Notes under the pieces: generated by a model
The model's input: the letters and a program-made list of their open reading frames with translations, nothing else
What the model was told of the DNA's origin: nothing
Database searches by the model: none
Assembly: GCA_017460745.1 (NCBI GenBank)
Contig: JAFUAL010000042.1
Location: 14,983 to 78,982 of the forward strand
Reading direction: 5' to 3'
From: Bacilli bacterium
Lineage (GTDB): Bacteria; Bacillota_I; Bacilli_A; RF39; UBA660
DNA: 64,000 bases
Position numbers and translations under genes: made by a program
In this document: positions 44,765-55,711 of the stretch, piece after piece
Position numbering within the stretch: the first letter of the stretch is position 1
How the letters are laid out: each line of letters starts with the position of its first letter

Positions 44765-47632
44765 ATGTATATACCACTTTTAAATAAGACAACCTACACA
44801 TTCTTATCAAGTTTACTGGAAGTAGATGATTTAATTGAGATAGCTAAAAGTAATAACTTGAATACAATAGCCATCTGTGATGATAACATGTATGGAACGA
44901 TGGAATTTATTAAAAAATGTGAATTAAATAATCTAAAACCCATAGTTGGAGTAGATTTTAAATCACGACTTTTATTTGCCAAGAATTATGATGGTTACTC
45001 AAATTTATTAAAACTAATTAATTTACAAAGTGAAAAAGAATTAACGGAAGAAGATTATAATTTATATAAATCAAATCTCGTTTGTATTCCTTTAACTGAA
45101 ATCACAACAATATACGAAGATACATTCTATCCAGTAAAGAATGAAAATAAAGATCAAGATAACATTATTTTCATAAATCCATTACTTTATAAAGAAGCAA
45201 GTGACTTTGAAATCTTAAAATATTTAGAATTACTACGTGATAACAAAACTATTACAGATGAATATATTGAAAAAAAAGGATGTTACTATCAAAAACAAAA
45301 TAAAGAAGAAGTAGCTTGTAAAAATACTTTTAAACTCGCAGATATGTGTAATTTAACTCTTCCAAAATATGAATTAAACCTTCCAATTTATAGTAAGGAA
45401 GTTGAACCAGCAAGTTTTCTAACCAACTTAGCTTTAAAAGGACTTGAAAAAAGATTAAATGGAGACGTAGGCAATGAATACAAAAAACGTTTAAAGTACG
45501 AACTTGATATTATAAATAAAATGGGATTTGCAAACTATTTTCTAGTTGTCTATGACTTTATTAAATATGCTAAGACTAATAAAATTTTAGTAGGCCCTGG
45601 AAGAGGAAGTGCAGCAGGTTCTTTAGTTGCTTATACTTTAGGAATAACTGAAATAGATCCTTTAAAATATAATTTATTATTTGAAAGATTTTTAAATCCA
45701 GAACGTATTACTATGCCCGATATAGATACAGATTTTCCTGATATTTATCGTGACCAAGTAATTAATTATGTTAAAGAAAAGTATGGTAAAAAAAATGTAG
45801 CTAATATTGTAACATTCAATACCATGGGAGCTAAACTTTGTATTCGTGATATTGGAAGAGTCATGAATGTATCTTTAAGTCTTGTGGATAAAATAACAAA
45901 AATTATAGGAAGTAACAAAGAAAAATTAAGTGTAATTGCTGAAGATACCCGACTAAAAAAATTAATTGAAGAAGATATTAAAGTAAAAAAACTAATTGAA
46001 GTTGCTATTAAACTTGAAGGAATTAAAAGAAATACATCCATTCATGCAGCAGGAGTTATTATTTCAAATAACACACTTGATTCGATTGTTCCTTTAATAT
46101 ACGATAAGACCATAGATTCTTATATTTCAGGGTATGAAGCAAGTTATCTAGAAGACTTAGGATTATTAAAGATGGATTTTCTGGGAATAAAAAATTTAAC
46201 GACAATCATGGAAGTACAAGACTTAATATTAAAAAATGAAAATGTTGAAGTAGACTTTAAAGATATACCACTTGATGACGAGAAAACATATAACTTATTT
46301 CAAAATGGAGATACAAATGGTATATTTCAATTTGAATCAACTGGTATGAAAAACTTTTTAAGAGAATTAAAACCAGTTAACTTCAGTGAATTAAAAGATG
46401 CAATTGCTTTATTTAGACCAGGACCATCTGCTTCCATTCCAACTTATATTAAAAGAAGAAATAAAGAAGTAGAAGTTGATTATTTTACAAAAGAATTAAA
46501 ACCAATTTTAGAAGAGACATATGGTATTATTATCTATCAGGAACAAATCATGAAACTTGCAAATGTTATAGCAGGATACACATTAGGAGAAGCTGATATT
46601 TTAAGACGAGCAATCTCTAAAAAGAAAAAAGAAATACTCGATCAAGAAGAAAGTAAATTTATTAGTAAAGGAATAGAAAACGGATATTCAAAAGAACTAT
46701 CTGAAACTATTTACTCTTTAATACTTAAATTTGCTTCATATGGATTTAATAAAAGTCACAGTATTGCTTACACCATGATTTCCTATAAGATGGCCTACTT
46801 AAAAGCCCATTTTCAAAAGTATTTCTATGTAAGTTTACTTAATAGTGTAATCTCAGATACCGAAAAAACAAGAGAATACTTATATGAAATGAAAAAATAC
46901 AACCTAAATATTTTAAAACCAGATATTAGATATAGTACCAACACTTATTTAATCAAAGAAAAAGAAATACTTGCACCATTTAATTTAATAAAAGGAATAA
47001 GTAACATAGTAAGTAGCAAAATAATAAGTGAAAGAAATAAATATGACACGATATATGATATATTTAGTAGTTTAAATTTAACTAAAAGCAACTATGAAAT
47101 GCTAATAAAGAGTGGATGTTTTGATTCTTATTACAATCGAAAAACTTTAATTGAAAACTTAGATTCTTTACTAAACTATGCATCTCTTTGTAAAGACTTA
47201 GATAAAGAATTTGTGTTAATTCCTGAAATAATTGAATGTGAAGAATATTCAAGTGCTGAATTAATTGAAATGGAAAAAGAATTATATGGCTTCTTCTTAT
47301 CGAATCATCCAGTAGCAAACTATAAGGCTCGCGAAAGTAAAGATAGTATTATTGACTTAAAAGATATAGATAAATATTTTAATGAATTTAAAACGATGAT
47401 TGTGCTAGTTGAAAGTACTCATGAAATTACAACTAAAAAAGGAGATAAAATGTTATTCTTTAAGGGAAGTGATGAAGAAAGAGTAATTGATTTTACAGTA
47501 TTTCCAGATACTTACGAAAAATATTTTAATATTAGAAAAAATTATATTTTAAAAGTATATGGAAAAATTGAAAAAAGAAATGGGGAGTTTCAAATAATTG
47601 TTTCTAAAATAGATAATTTGGAGGAATATTAA
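44765..47632 (+). CDS. dnaE: DNA polymerase III alpha subunit (DnaE type)
   Basis: Start at ATG 44765 (RBS GGAGG). GPGRGSAAGSLVAY, MPDIDTDFPD catalytic aspartates, HAAGVIIS, C-terminal OB fold. Confidence 0.95.
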   Translation: MYIPLLNKTTYTFLSSLLEVDDLIEIAKSNNLNTIAICDDNMYGTMEFIKKCELNNLKPIVGVDFKSRLLFAKNYDGYSNLLKLINLQSEKELTEEDYNLYKSNLVCIPLTEITTIYEDTFYPVKNENKDQDNIIFINPLLYKEASDFEILKYLELLRDNKTITDEYIEKKGCYYQKQNKEEVACKNTFKLADMCNLTLPKYELNLPIYSKEVEPASFLTNLALKGLEKRLNGDVGNEYKKRLKYELDIINKMGFANYFLVVYDFIKYAKTNKILVGPGRGSAAGSLVAYTLGITEIDPLKYNLLFERFLNPERITMPDIDTDFPDIYRDQVINYVKEKYGKKNVANIVTFNTMGAKLCIRDIGRVMNVSLSLVDKITKIIGSNKEKLSVIAEDTRLKKLIEEDIKVKKLIEVAIKLEGIKRNTSIHAAGVIISNNTLDSIVPLIYDKTIDSYISGYEASYLEDLGLLKMDFLGIKNLTTIMEVQDLILKNENVEVDFKDIPLDDEKTYNLFQNGDTNGIFQFESTGMKNFLRELKPVNFSELKDAIALFRPGPSASIPTYIKRRNKEVEVDYFTKELKPILEETYGIIIYQEQIMKLANVIAGYTLGEADILRRAISKKKKEILDQEESKFISKGIENGYSKELSETIYSLILKFASYGFNKSHSIAYTMISYKMAYLKAHFQKYFYVSLLNSVISDTEKTREYLYEMKKYNLNILKPDIRYSTNTYLIKEKEILAPFNLIKGISNIVSSKIISERNKYDTIYDIFSSLNLTKSNYEMLIKSGCFDSYYNRKTLIENLDSLLNYASLCKDLDKEFVLIPEIIECEEYSSAELIEMEKELYGFFLSNHPVANYKARESKDSIIDLKDIDKYFNEFKTMIVLVESTHEITTKKGDKMLFFKGSDEERVIDFTVFPDTYEKYFNIRKNYILKVYGKIEKRNGEFQIIVSKIDNLEEY

Positions 47633-47634
47633 TA

Positions 47635-49053
47635 ATGAAAAAAACGAAAATAATTGGAACTATTGGTGATAAAAATAATGATGTTAAAACGCTTGAAGAG
47701 ATGATTAATCTTGGAGTTGATGTCTTTCGAATCAATTTAAGTTATATTGACCTTGATTTATGTGATACTTTAATTAAAAATATAAGACTTGCATCTAAAA
47801 ATGTAAAAAAAATAGTTGGTATCATGTTAGATTTAGATGGACCAAGTATTAGAATTGATAAATTAATAGAAAATGAGGCTTATTTAGAACTTGGAGATAC
47901 CATTAGAATTTATAACTATCATGTAGTATGTAATAATACTCAAATATCAACTAATTGCAATAACTTAGTAGAATTAGTAAACAAATCTGATATTATTATT
48001 ATTGGTCATGGTGATGTTAAATTAAAGGTAGAAGAAATTAACTCTGATAACTTTGTTTGCGAGGTAGTAGATGCTGGATTTATTAAAAGTAATCAAGTAG
48101 TTCATATTAAATCATCTTATATGGATTTATCATTTATTAGTTCAAAAGATAAAGAAAGCATAATGTATGCTATAAAACAGGATGTTGATTTTCTTGCTTT
48201 ATCATATGTTCGAGATGAACAAGATGTTTTAAGTGTCATTGATATGTTAATTGAAAATGAAAACGATCATATTGGAATAATTTCTAAAATTGAAACAGAA
48301 GATGCTTTTTTAAATATAGATGAAATATTAAAAGTAAGTGATGGAGTCATGGTATCAAGAGGTGATTTGGGTATTAATACTGAAATCGAAAAACTTCCAT
48401 ATTTACAAAAAGAAATTTTAAAGAAAGCCAATAGTTATCAAAAAATTGGACTAGTCTCAACCAACTTCTTAAAAAGTATGGTTAAAGAAAAAATTCCTTC
48501 TCGAGGTGAAGTTACAGATATCTATAATGCTGTTTTTGATAAAGCGGATGGTCTTGTTTTAACTGATGAAACAACTATTGGAGAACATTCTTTAGAGTCA
48601 ATTACCCTTATGAGTAAAATACTAAGTGAAGCTGAACTGCACTTTGATTATAAAGAAAATTTAGAAGATACTTTAAAACATGGGAAATTAGATGTTACCT
48701 CAACTATTTCTTATTCAGTAGTTGACTCTGGAATACTTTTAAATGCTAGTTGTATTCTTGCTAATACCATAAGTGGTTATACAGCCAGAAAGATTAGTTA
48801 CTTTAGACCAATGAGCCCAATTCTTGGTTTAAGCCCTGATAAAAAAACACTTAGGTCTTTAACTTTAAACTATGGAGTAACACCAGTTTTAATCAAAAAA
48901 TATGATGACTCTGAAAGTATAGTAACCGAATGTGTTAATAAATATAAAGAAATAACTGATTATAAAATAGGTGATATAGTAATAATTACAGGTGGTCTTC
49001 CAATTAGTACTAAGAATACAGACTTCATGAAAATAGAAAAAATTGTTGATTAA
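47635..49053 (+). CDS. pyk: Pyruvate kinase
   Basis: KIIGTIG, NLSY, ISKIETEDA, VSRGDLG. Confidence 0.93.
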   Translation: MKKTKIIGTIGDKNNDVKTLEEMINLGVDVFRINLSYIDLDLCDTLIKNIRLASKNVKKIVGIMLDLDGPSIRIDKLIENEAYLELGDTIRIYNYHVVCNNTQISTNCNNLVELVNKSDIIIIGHGDVKLKVEEINSDNFVCEVVDAGFIKSNQVVHIKSSYMDLSFISSKDKESIMYAIKQDVDFLALSYVRDEQDVLSVIDMLIENENDHIGIISKIETEDAFLNIDEILKVSDGVMVSRGDLGINTEIEKLPYLQKEILKKANSYQKIGLVSTNFLKSMVKEKIPSRGEVTDIYNAVFDKADGLVLTDETTIGEHSLESITLMSKILSEAELHFDYKENLEDTLKHGKLDVTSTISYSVVDSGILLNASCILANTISGYTARKISYFRPMSPILGLSPDKKTLRSLTLNYGVTPVLIKKYDDSESIVTECVNKYKEITDYKIGDIVIITGGLPISTKNTDFMKIEKIVD

Positions 49054-49068
49054 GAGATTTAAAAAATC

Positions 49069-49204
49069 TTGACAAAAATTAAAAAAACAAGTAAAATTAT
49101 CGAGTCGCATAAATTGACGTCTGTGGGAAAGACATATACCTTGATATATTTTATATAAACTTTATATAAGGCTAGAATTCCTAAATTCTATTCCTTATTT
49201 TTTT
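49069..49204 (+). promoter_or_regulatory. Promoter plus ~100-nt leader ending in a terminator-like hairpin upstream of the MATE fusion gene
   Basis: TTGACA (49069-49074), 17-nt spacer, TAAAAT (49092-49097). The leader ends with AAGGctAGAATT...AATTCTattCCTT plus a T-run (49168-49204), directly before the RBS. No riboswitch class recognised. Confidence 0.4.
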
Positions 49205-49245
49205 ATGCTTTAAATAAGGAAGAAAATGAAAGGAGAATAAAAAGT

Positions 49246-51255
49246 ATGAAAAATGAAAAGATTTATTTAACCGAAGCACCTATTAAAAAATTACTTATGA
49301 AGTTTTCAATTCCCTGTATTTTATCACTTCTTATTAGTGCTTTATATAATATTGTTGATCAAATTTTTATAGGTAATAGTTTAAGTGGTACAGCAGGAAT
49401 TATGGCAACTACTATTGTATTTCCATTTACAGTTGTTGCTCTTTCTATTGCTTTAATGGTAGGAGATGGTGCCAGTGCTCTTTTTAGTATATCAATGGGA
49501 GGAAAAGAAAAAGAAGTAAGTCAAAAATGTATTGGTAATTCTTTAACTTTAATGATTATTTTTAAATTATTATTAACAATAATAGGCTTTATCTTTCAAA
49601 CACCTATACTTAATGTCCTTGGAATAAATGGATATAGTTTAGACTGTAGATTATATGCTAAAACATATTATACTATTATTTTAATGGGATTTCCTTTCTA
49701 TATTTTTACAGCTTACTTAAGTTCTTTAATTAGAGCCGATGGAAGTCCTATATATGCTATGATTGCAACAGTAGTTGGAGCAGTTATTAATTTAATATTT
49801 GATCCTATCTTAATATTTGTTTTTAATATGGGAGTAAGGGGAGCTGCTATTGCAACAATTGCTGGTCAAATTATCTCAGCCTTAATATCCATTATCTATT
49901 TTAAAAAGCCTAAACTAATGAATATAACAAAAGATACTTTAAAACTTGATAAGCATATTAGTAAAAAAATATTACAACTTGGAATATCTAGTTTTATAAC
50001 TCAAATATCAATTGCAATTATTACAGTTGTTGCAAACAATGTAGTTGGTACGATAGGGGGTAATCATGCAACTGATGCCGGTGGTGCACTTGGAATAGTT
50101 TTCAAAGTATTTGCCATTGTAATATCATTTTCAATTGGTGTATCAGTTGGAGGACAACCTATAATTGGATTTAATTATGGAGCTAAACGATATGATAGAG
50201 TAATTGAAACTTATAAAAAAATATTATTTGTTAACATCATTATTGGTCTTATTGTAACCATTTTATTTCAATTTTTTCCAAAACAAATTGTTTCTTTATT
50301 TGGTGGTAATGCTAGTGATTTCATCTTTTATCAAAACTATGCTGTAAAAGCTTTCAGATTATATTTAGGTGGAATACTTTTCTGTTGTATTCAAAAATCA
50401 AGTTGTATTTTCTTACAATCAATTGATAAACCTTATAAATCAATGATATTATCTTTAACAAGAGATGTTATTTTATTAGTACCTGGTGTTTTAATCTTTG
50501 GACTTCTTGGTAATTTAGATACTATGTTATATGCTGGAATAATTGCAGATATTGGTTCATTTATAATTACGGTAATATTTATTTCCATTGAATATAATAA
50601 TATAAAAGATTATAAAGTAGTAGATACTAAAAAGAATAATAGTAGCCATTTTGTCATTACAATCGGAAGAGAGTTTGGAAGTGGTGGAAAATATATTGGA
50701 GAATGTTTAGCTAAAAAATTTAATATTAACTGTTATGATAAAGAATTACTTGAGTTAACTGCTAAAGATTATAATTTAGATTTAAAAACTTTAGAAAATG
50801 TTGACGAACAAGAAAAAAACACTTTTTGGTATGGATTTGCCAGTAAATATCTTGATTCTAAAAATGAAGTTTTACCAATAAGTGCCAAAGACGCTTTATT
50901 CTTAAAAATTTCTAAAGTAATAGAAGATTTATATCATAAAGAAGATTGTATAATAATTGGAAGATGTTCTAATTATATTTTAAAAGATTATGATAATGTT
51001 TTTAAAATCTTTATTTATGCAAGTGATATGGATTTTAAAATTGAAAGAAAAGAAAAATTTAATAACTTAACGAAAAAAGAAGCTATAAAAGAAATTAACA
51101 AAATAGATAAGTTAAGAAAAAATCATTATGAATATTTTACTGGTGTAGCTTGGAAAGATATAAATAACTATGATTTATGTATAGATACTTCAAGTGTTGG
51201 AATTGATGATGCTATTAATATAATCGAATCTTATGTAAAAAATAAAATTAACTAA
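49246..51255 (+). CDS. MATE-family efflux transporter fused to a C-terminal cytidylate-kinase-like domain
   Basis: About 450 aa of 12-TM MATE sequence, then ITIGREFGSGGKYIGECLAKKFNINCYDKELL... typical of the cytidylate-kinase-like (AAA_28/CMK-like) family. One uninterrupted ORF. Confidence 0.8.
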   Translation: MKNEKIYLTEAPIKKLLMKFSIPCILSLLISALYNIVDQIFIGNSLSGTAGIMATTIVFPFTVVALSIALMVGDGASALFSISMGGKEKEVSQKCIGNSLTLMIIFKLLLTIIGFIFQTPILNVLGINGYSLDCRLYAKTYYTIILMGFPFYIFTAYLSSLIRADGSPIYAMIATVVGAVINLIFDPILIFVFNMGVRGAAIATIAGQIISALISIIYFKKPKLMNITKDTLKLDKHISKKILQLGISSFITQISIAIITVVANNVVGTIGGNHATDAGGALGIVFKVFAIVISFSIGVSVGGQPIIGFNYGAKRYDRVIETYKKILFVNIIIGLIVTILFQFFPKQIVSLFGGNASDFIFYQNYAVKAFRLYLGGILFCCIQKSSCIFLQSIDKPYKSMILSLTRDVILLVPGVLIFGLLGNLDTMLYAGIIADIGSFIITVIFISIEYNNIKDYKVVDTKKNNSSHFVITIGREFGSGGKYIGECLAKKFNINCYDKELLELTAKDYNLDLKTLENVDEQEKNTFWYGFASKYLDSKNEVLPISAKDALFLKISKVIEDLYHKEDCIIIGRCSNYILKDYDNVFKIFIYASDMDFKIERKEKFNNLTKKEAIKEINKIDKLRKNHYEYFTGVAWKDINNYDLCIDTSSVGIDDAINIIESYVKNKIN

Positions 51256-51256
51256 G

Positions 51257-51277
51257 AGCACTTTTAGTGCTTTTTTT
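51257..51277 (+). terminator. Rho-independent terminator
   Basis: AGCACT-ttt-AGTGCT followed by T7. Confidence 0.7.
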
Positions 51278-51327
51278 GACTTATAATATAAAATATGATA
51301 TAATATGCAACTAAGAAAAGGTGTTTT

Positions 51328-52560
51328 ATGAAAAATATTCGAAAAAGATTTCTAAGTGGAGTAGTTGCCGGTATTTTTATTTTACTTCCAGGTATGAGTG
51401 GAAAAGTTAAAGCTGAGGAATTTAAGGAAACAGAAGATGAAGTAATTAGTCAAAGTGAAACTTTGATGTATAATGGAGATAATTTAAATAGTAATGCAAT
51501 TACAAATATAAAAATAAATGAAGAATTATTTAGATTATTAGAAATTGACGATTTTGATTTAATAAACTATGATGAAGTAAATAAGATAGGTGTTACTTTA
51601 AGTGAAGTAAATTTTAGATTAGGAGCCGGTACAAATTACAAAAGCCTTAGAACTATTAAAAGTGGAGAAATAGTTGATATTTTATATCAAAGTAGTAATG
51701 GTTGGTATTTAGTAAATTATCAAGGAACATATGGTTTTATATCTATGGATTATTCTAAAATAATAGATTTTGATTTATTAGAACAGCAAATAAGTGAACT
51801 TCCTCAAGTAGTAAAAAAAGTTGAAGCAACAACGGATGTTAATATTAGAGAATTGCCAAGTACAGAAAGTAATGTATTAGGATTACTAAAAAAAGGAAAA
51901 AGATTAAACTATGTGTGTGAAGTTAGTGATAAGTGGATAGAAGTAACCAATGGAACTAATGTTGGATATATTAAAAAAGACTATCTTAAACCAGTATTTG
52001 CAATAGATTCAGAATATTATAAAAATATTTGTATGACTCATGATACTAAAGTATATGATTATCCATATGCGAATATTGTAAGTACATTACCTAAATATGA
52101 GACAGCTTTTGTCTACGGTGAGACTGATGATTTTTATTTAATTGATTCAGAAGGTACAGTTGGATATGTGAGAAAAATAGATACATATGAATTGAATGGT
52201 ACTTATGTGGTTGTTGATATATCTGATCAAAAGGTAAGACTTTATAATGATGCTTTAGAAATACTTTCAGATAATGTTGTAACTGGTAAAGATGAAACTC
52301 CAAGTCATTTAGGTTATACTAAAGTAAAATCGAAACAAAAGAATAGATATCTTAAAAAATTTGATGTCACTGTAGATTATTGGATAGGTTTCAATGATTA
52401 TGGAGAAGGATTACATGATGCACGTTGGAGACATGGTAAATTTGGTGGAGAAATATATCATAAAAAAGGAAGCCATGGTTGTATTAATACACCAAATGAT
52501 GCTATAAAACAAATATATGATGAAGTATCAATCGGAGATAAAGTCTTAATAAAAAGATAA
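51328..52560 (+). CDS. L,D-transpeptidase (YkuD domain) with SH3b-like repeats
   Basis: Signal peptide, two SH3b-like segments, and C-terminal GSHGCINTP catalytic motif. Confidence 0.85.
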   Translation: MKNIRKRFLSGVVAGIFILLPGMSGKVKAEEFKETEDEVISQSETLMYNGDNLNSNAITNIKINEELFRLLEIDDFDLINYDEVNKIGVTLSEVNFRLGAGTNYKSLRTIKSGEIVDILYQSSNGWYLVNYQGTYGFISMDYSKIIDFDLLEQQISELPQVVKKVEATTDVNIRELPSTESNVLGLLKKGKRLNYVCEVSDKWIEVTNGTNVGYIKKDYLKPVFAIDSEYYKNICMTHDTKVYDYPYANIVSTLPKYETAFVYGETDDFYLIDSEGTVGYVRKIDTYELNGTYVVVDISDQKVRLYNDALEILSDNVVTGKDETPSHLGYTKVKSKQKNRYLKKFDVTVDYWIGFNDYGEGLHDARWRHGKFGGEIYHKKGSHGCINTPNDAIKQIYDEVSIGDKVLIKR

Positions 52561-52651
52561 AATTTTGAAATTATATTTCAAGATTTTTTTCTTTTAAATA
52601 GATAAATATTATAGTATAATAAATATGAATTAAACATATTGGAGAAAGTTT

Positions 52652-53161
52652 ATGATTAGAAAAATATTTATTCCTAAAAAGTACGTTAAAGATATTTTTA
52701 ATATTGACTATGAAAAGTTAAAAAGAGATGGCTATAAAATATTAATATTTGATTTAGATAATACTATAGGAAGTATTAAAGAAAATACATGTGATAAAGA
52801 AACAAGTGATTTTTTAAATTCCTTAAATAAAGATTTTAAAGTAATAATTGCAAGTAATAGTAGAAAAAAAAGAGTTAACGAATTTTGTTCTAATTTAAAT
52901 GTTTATAAAATGCATCTTAGTTTAAAACCTCTTGGAATAATACTTTGGAAAATAAAAAAGAAATATAACATAAACTATAAAGAAATGGTAATTATAGGTG
53001 ATCAGTTAATGACAGATATATTTTTAGGAAATAGATATAAATTATTAACTATTCTTGTAGATAAAAAAGGGGAAAATGATTTAAATATTACTAAATTTAA
53101 TAGAGCATTAGAAAATAGAATAAAAAAGAAATATAATATGAAAGTTGGTGAATATTTCTAG
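52652..53161 (+). CDS. yqeG: YqeG-family HAD phosphatase
   Basis: ILIFDLDNTI (DxD) and IIGDQLMTDI. Synteny with yqeH. Confidence 0.85.
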   Translation: MIRKIFIPKKYVKDIFNIDYEKLKRDGYKILIFDLDNTIGSIKENTCDKETSDFLNSLNKDFKVIIASNSRKKRVNEFCSNLNVYKMHLSLKPLGIILWKIKKKYNINYKEMVIIGDQLMTDIFLGNRYKLLTILVDKKGENDLNITKFNRALENRIKKKYNMKVGEYF

Positions 53162-54153
53162 TGAAAAAATGTATGGGATGTGGAGTAGTTTTACAAAATG
53201 AAAATATCTTAAATATTGGATTTACTCCTAATTTAGAAATGGATTTATGTATGAGATGTTTTAAAGTAAAAAACTATGGAGAAACATCAAGTGTTGCTAA
53301 AAACAATGAAGATTATATTAATATTTTAAAAAACATTAGTAGTACTAACGATTTAGTTTTATATATTGTTGATATTTTAAATATAAAAGAAGATTTAAAC
53401 GAAATAAGAGAATATTTAAGAAATAATATAATACTTGTATTAAATAAAAAGGATATATTACCAAAAAGTGTTAAAGATGAAAAAATCATAAGTTACATAA
53501 AAGAAAGATATGATTTTTTAGATGTAATTATAGTAAGTAGCTTGAATAATTATAATTTAGATTTATTAATGTCTAAAATAAATAGATGTAAAACAGGAAA
53601 GAATGTTTATTTTGTTGGAGAAACAAATGCTGGTAAAAGTAGCTTAATTAATAAAATTATTAATAACTACAGTGATACTCAAGTAGATTTAACTGTTTCT
53701 AGTATGCCTGAAACAACACTTGAAAAAATAAAAATCAAAGTAAGAGATGATTTATATATTATAGATACACCAGGAATTGTCGATAAAGAAAATATAATTA
53801 ATTATTTAGATAAAAAATATTATAAAATATTAAACACTAATAAAGAAATTAAACCTAAAACATTTCAAATTTATAGAAATCAAAGTTTATTAATAGGTGA
53901 CTTTTTAAGAATAGATTATATAGAAGGAGATAAAAATAGTTTTACCTTATATATTCCAAATGGAATTAAAGTAAAGAAAGTGAATTCTAGACATAACTCT
54001 TTAAAAGAATTATCTTATAAAGAATATGATCTTAATTTTCATAATGATTTAGTAATATATGGACTTGGTTTTATAAAAATAGTAATAAATGGGCGTATTG
54101 GAATTTATTTAGATAAAGATGTTAAAACTTTTTTGAGAAAAAATATGATTTAA
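53161..54153 (+). CDS. yqeH: Ribosome-biogenesis GTPase YqeH (circularly permuted)
   Basis: GTG start overlapping the yqeG stop. N-terminal Zn finger CMGCG...CMRC. G4 LNKKD precedes G1 GETNAGKSSLIN. Confidence 0.88.
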   Translation: MKKCMGCGVVLQNENILNIGFTPNLEMDLCMRCFKVKNYGETSSVAKNNEDYINILKNISSTNDLVLYIVDILNIKEDLNEIREYLRNNIILVLNKKDILPKSVKDEKIISYIKERYDFLDVIIVSSLNNYNLDLLMSKINRCKTGKNVYFVGETNAGKSSLINKIINNYSDTQVDLTVSSMPETTLEKIKIKVRDDLYIIDTPGIVDKENIINYLDKKYYKILNTNKEIKPKTFQIYRNQSLLIGDFLRIDYIEGDKNSFTLYIPNGIKVKKVNSRHNSLKELSYKEYDLNFHNDLVIYGLGFIKIVINGRIGIYLDKDVKTFLRKNMI

Positions 54154-54321
54154 CTTGAAAAGAAATCTACCACAATTACGTTAACTTTAGATGATGTGTT
54201 AAGGTAGAAAAAATAAAATAATAAAAAGAAAAAAGAAGAGTTTACAAACTGAGATAATAGTGATATTATATCAAGTATGACTTAACATAAATCCAAAAAT
54301 AGACATAAATATTTACTATAA

Positions 54322-54587
54322 TTTCATATTATATTTGTATGTAAATATAGAAAGCCATTACTATCAAATAAGCAAATATTTGATTATATAAAAATATTAT
54401 CAAGAAAAATTTGTTATAAAAATAATATAATTATTGAATATATGGAAATAGATAAAAATCATATTCACTATATGATAGAAGCAAATCCTACGTTATCAAT
54501 TAGTAAAATAGTAAAACTTTTAAAAAGTTATACAACATATCATATATGAAAAAAATATTAAAAGAATATATAGAAAATCAAGGATAA
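54322..54587 (+). pseudogene. tnpA: IS200-type Y1 transposase (tnpA) remnant
   Basis: FHIIFVCKYRKPLL...DKNHIHYMIEANPTLSISKIVKLLKSYTTYHI matches the HUH/Y1 TnpA core. It lacks a start, has a TAA just upstream and stops at 54547. The C-terminal LKEYIENQG is in another frame, so there is an internal deletion. Confidence 0.75.
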
Positions 54588-54598
54588 GGTGGTAGTTA

Positions 54599-55711
54599 GT
54601 GTTAAAAGCATTTAAGTATAGAATATATCCAAATAAGGAACAAATAGACCAAATAAATAAAACCTTTGGAAGTGTAAGATTTGTCTTTAATAAAATGTTA
54701 CAGTTTAAAAAAGACTTATATGATCAAATAGAATTATCATATTCTAAAATAGATTGTAATAACTGGTGTAATAAAGTATTAAAAGATGAATATCCTTGGT
54801 TAAAAGAAATAGATAAGTTTGCTCTTACTAATGCTATACATAATATGGATAATGCTTATCAAAAATTTTTTAAAGAACATTCAGGATTTCCTAAATATAA
54901 AAGTAAAAAAAATAATAATAACTCTTATACTACAAATTATACGAATAATAATATAAAAGTAGATTTTAATAATAATATAATTAAATTACCTAAACTAACT
55001 AATATGAAAATAAAATTACATAGAAAATTTGAAGGAATTATTAAAAGTGCAACTATAAGTAGAACACCAACTAATAAATATTATGTTTCAGTATTAGTAG
55101 AAACTAATATAAAACCATTACCAAAAGTAAATAGTAATGTAGGAATAGATTTAGGAATTAAAGACTTATGTATAACATCTGATGGAAAGAAATATGAAAA
55201 TCCTAAAATATTATCAAAATATAAAAAGAAATTAGTTAAATTACAAAGACAAATGTCTAAGAAAGTTATAGGAAGTAATAACTTTAATAAAATAAAAAAA
55301 CAAATAGCACTAAATCATGAGAAAATAAAAAATATAAGACTTAATCATTTACATAAAGTAAGTAATGAAATAATAAACGAAAACCAAGTAATTATTTCTG
55401 AAGACTTACAAATAAAGAATATGGTTAAGAATCATAAATTAGCATCAAGTATTACAGATGCATCTTGGTATGAGCTAACAAGACAATTAGAGTATAAAGC
55501 CAACTGGTATGGAAGAACTTATGTAAAAATAGATAAGTTTTATCCTAGCAGTCAAATATGTTCGAGTTGTGGATATCAAAACAAGGATACAAAAAAATTA
55601 AGTATTAGAGAATGGAAATGTCCTAATTGTAATACTCATCATGATAGAGATATTAATGCTGCATGCAATATATTGAGAGGAGGAATAAAAAAACTACAGA
55701 TGGCAATATAA
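54599..55711 (+). CDS. tnpB: TnpB (IS605 OrfB) RNA-guided endonuclease
   Basis: [13 protein letters not shown]-terminus, RuvC motifs VGIDLGIKD and [10 protein letters not shown], Zn ribbon CSSCGY...[21 protein letters not shown] start with RBS AAGGTGG. Confidence 0.92.
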   Translation: MLKAFKYRIYPNKEQIDQINKTFGSVRFVFNKMLQFKKDLYDQIELSYSKIDCNNWCNKVLKDEYPWLKEIDKFALTNAIHNMDNAYQKFFKEHSGFPKYKSKKNNNNSYTTNYTNNNIKVDFNNNIIKLPKLTNMKIKLHRKFEGIIKSATISRTPTNKYYVSVLVETNIKPLPKVNSNVGIDLGIKDLCITSDGKKYENPKILSKYKKKLVKLQRQMSKKVIGSNNFNKIKKQIALNHEKIKNIRLNHLHKVSNEIINENQVIISEDLQIKNMVKNHKLASSITDASWYELTRQLEYKANWYGRTYVKIDKFYPSSQICSSCGYQNKDTKKLSIREWKCPNCNTHHDRDINAACNILRGGIKKLQMAI

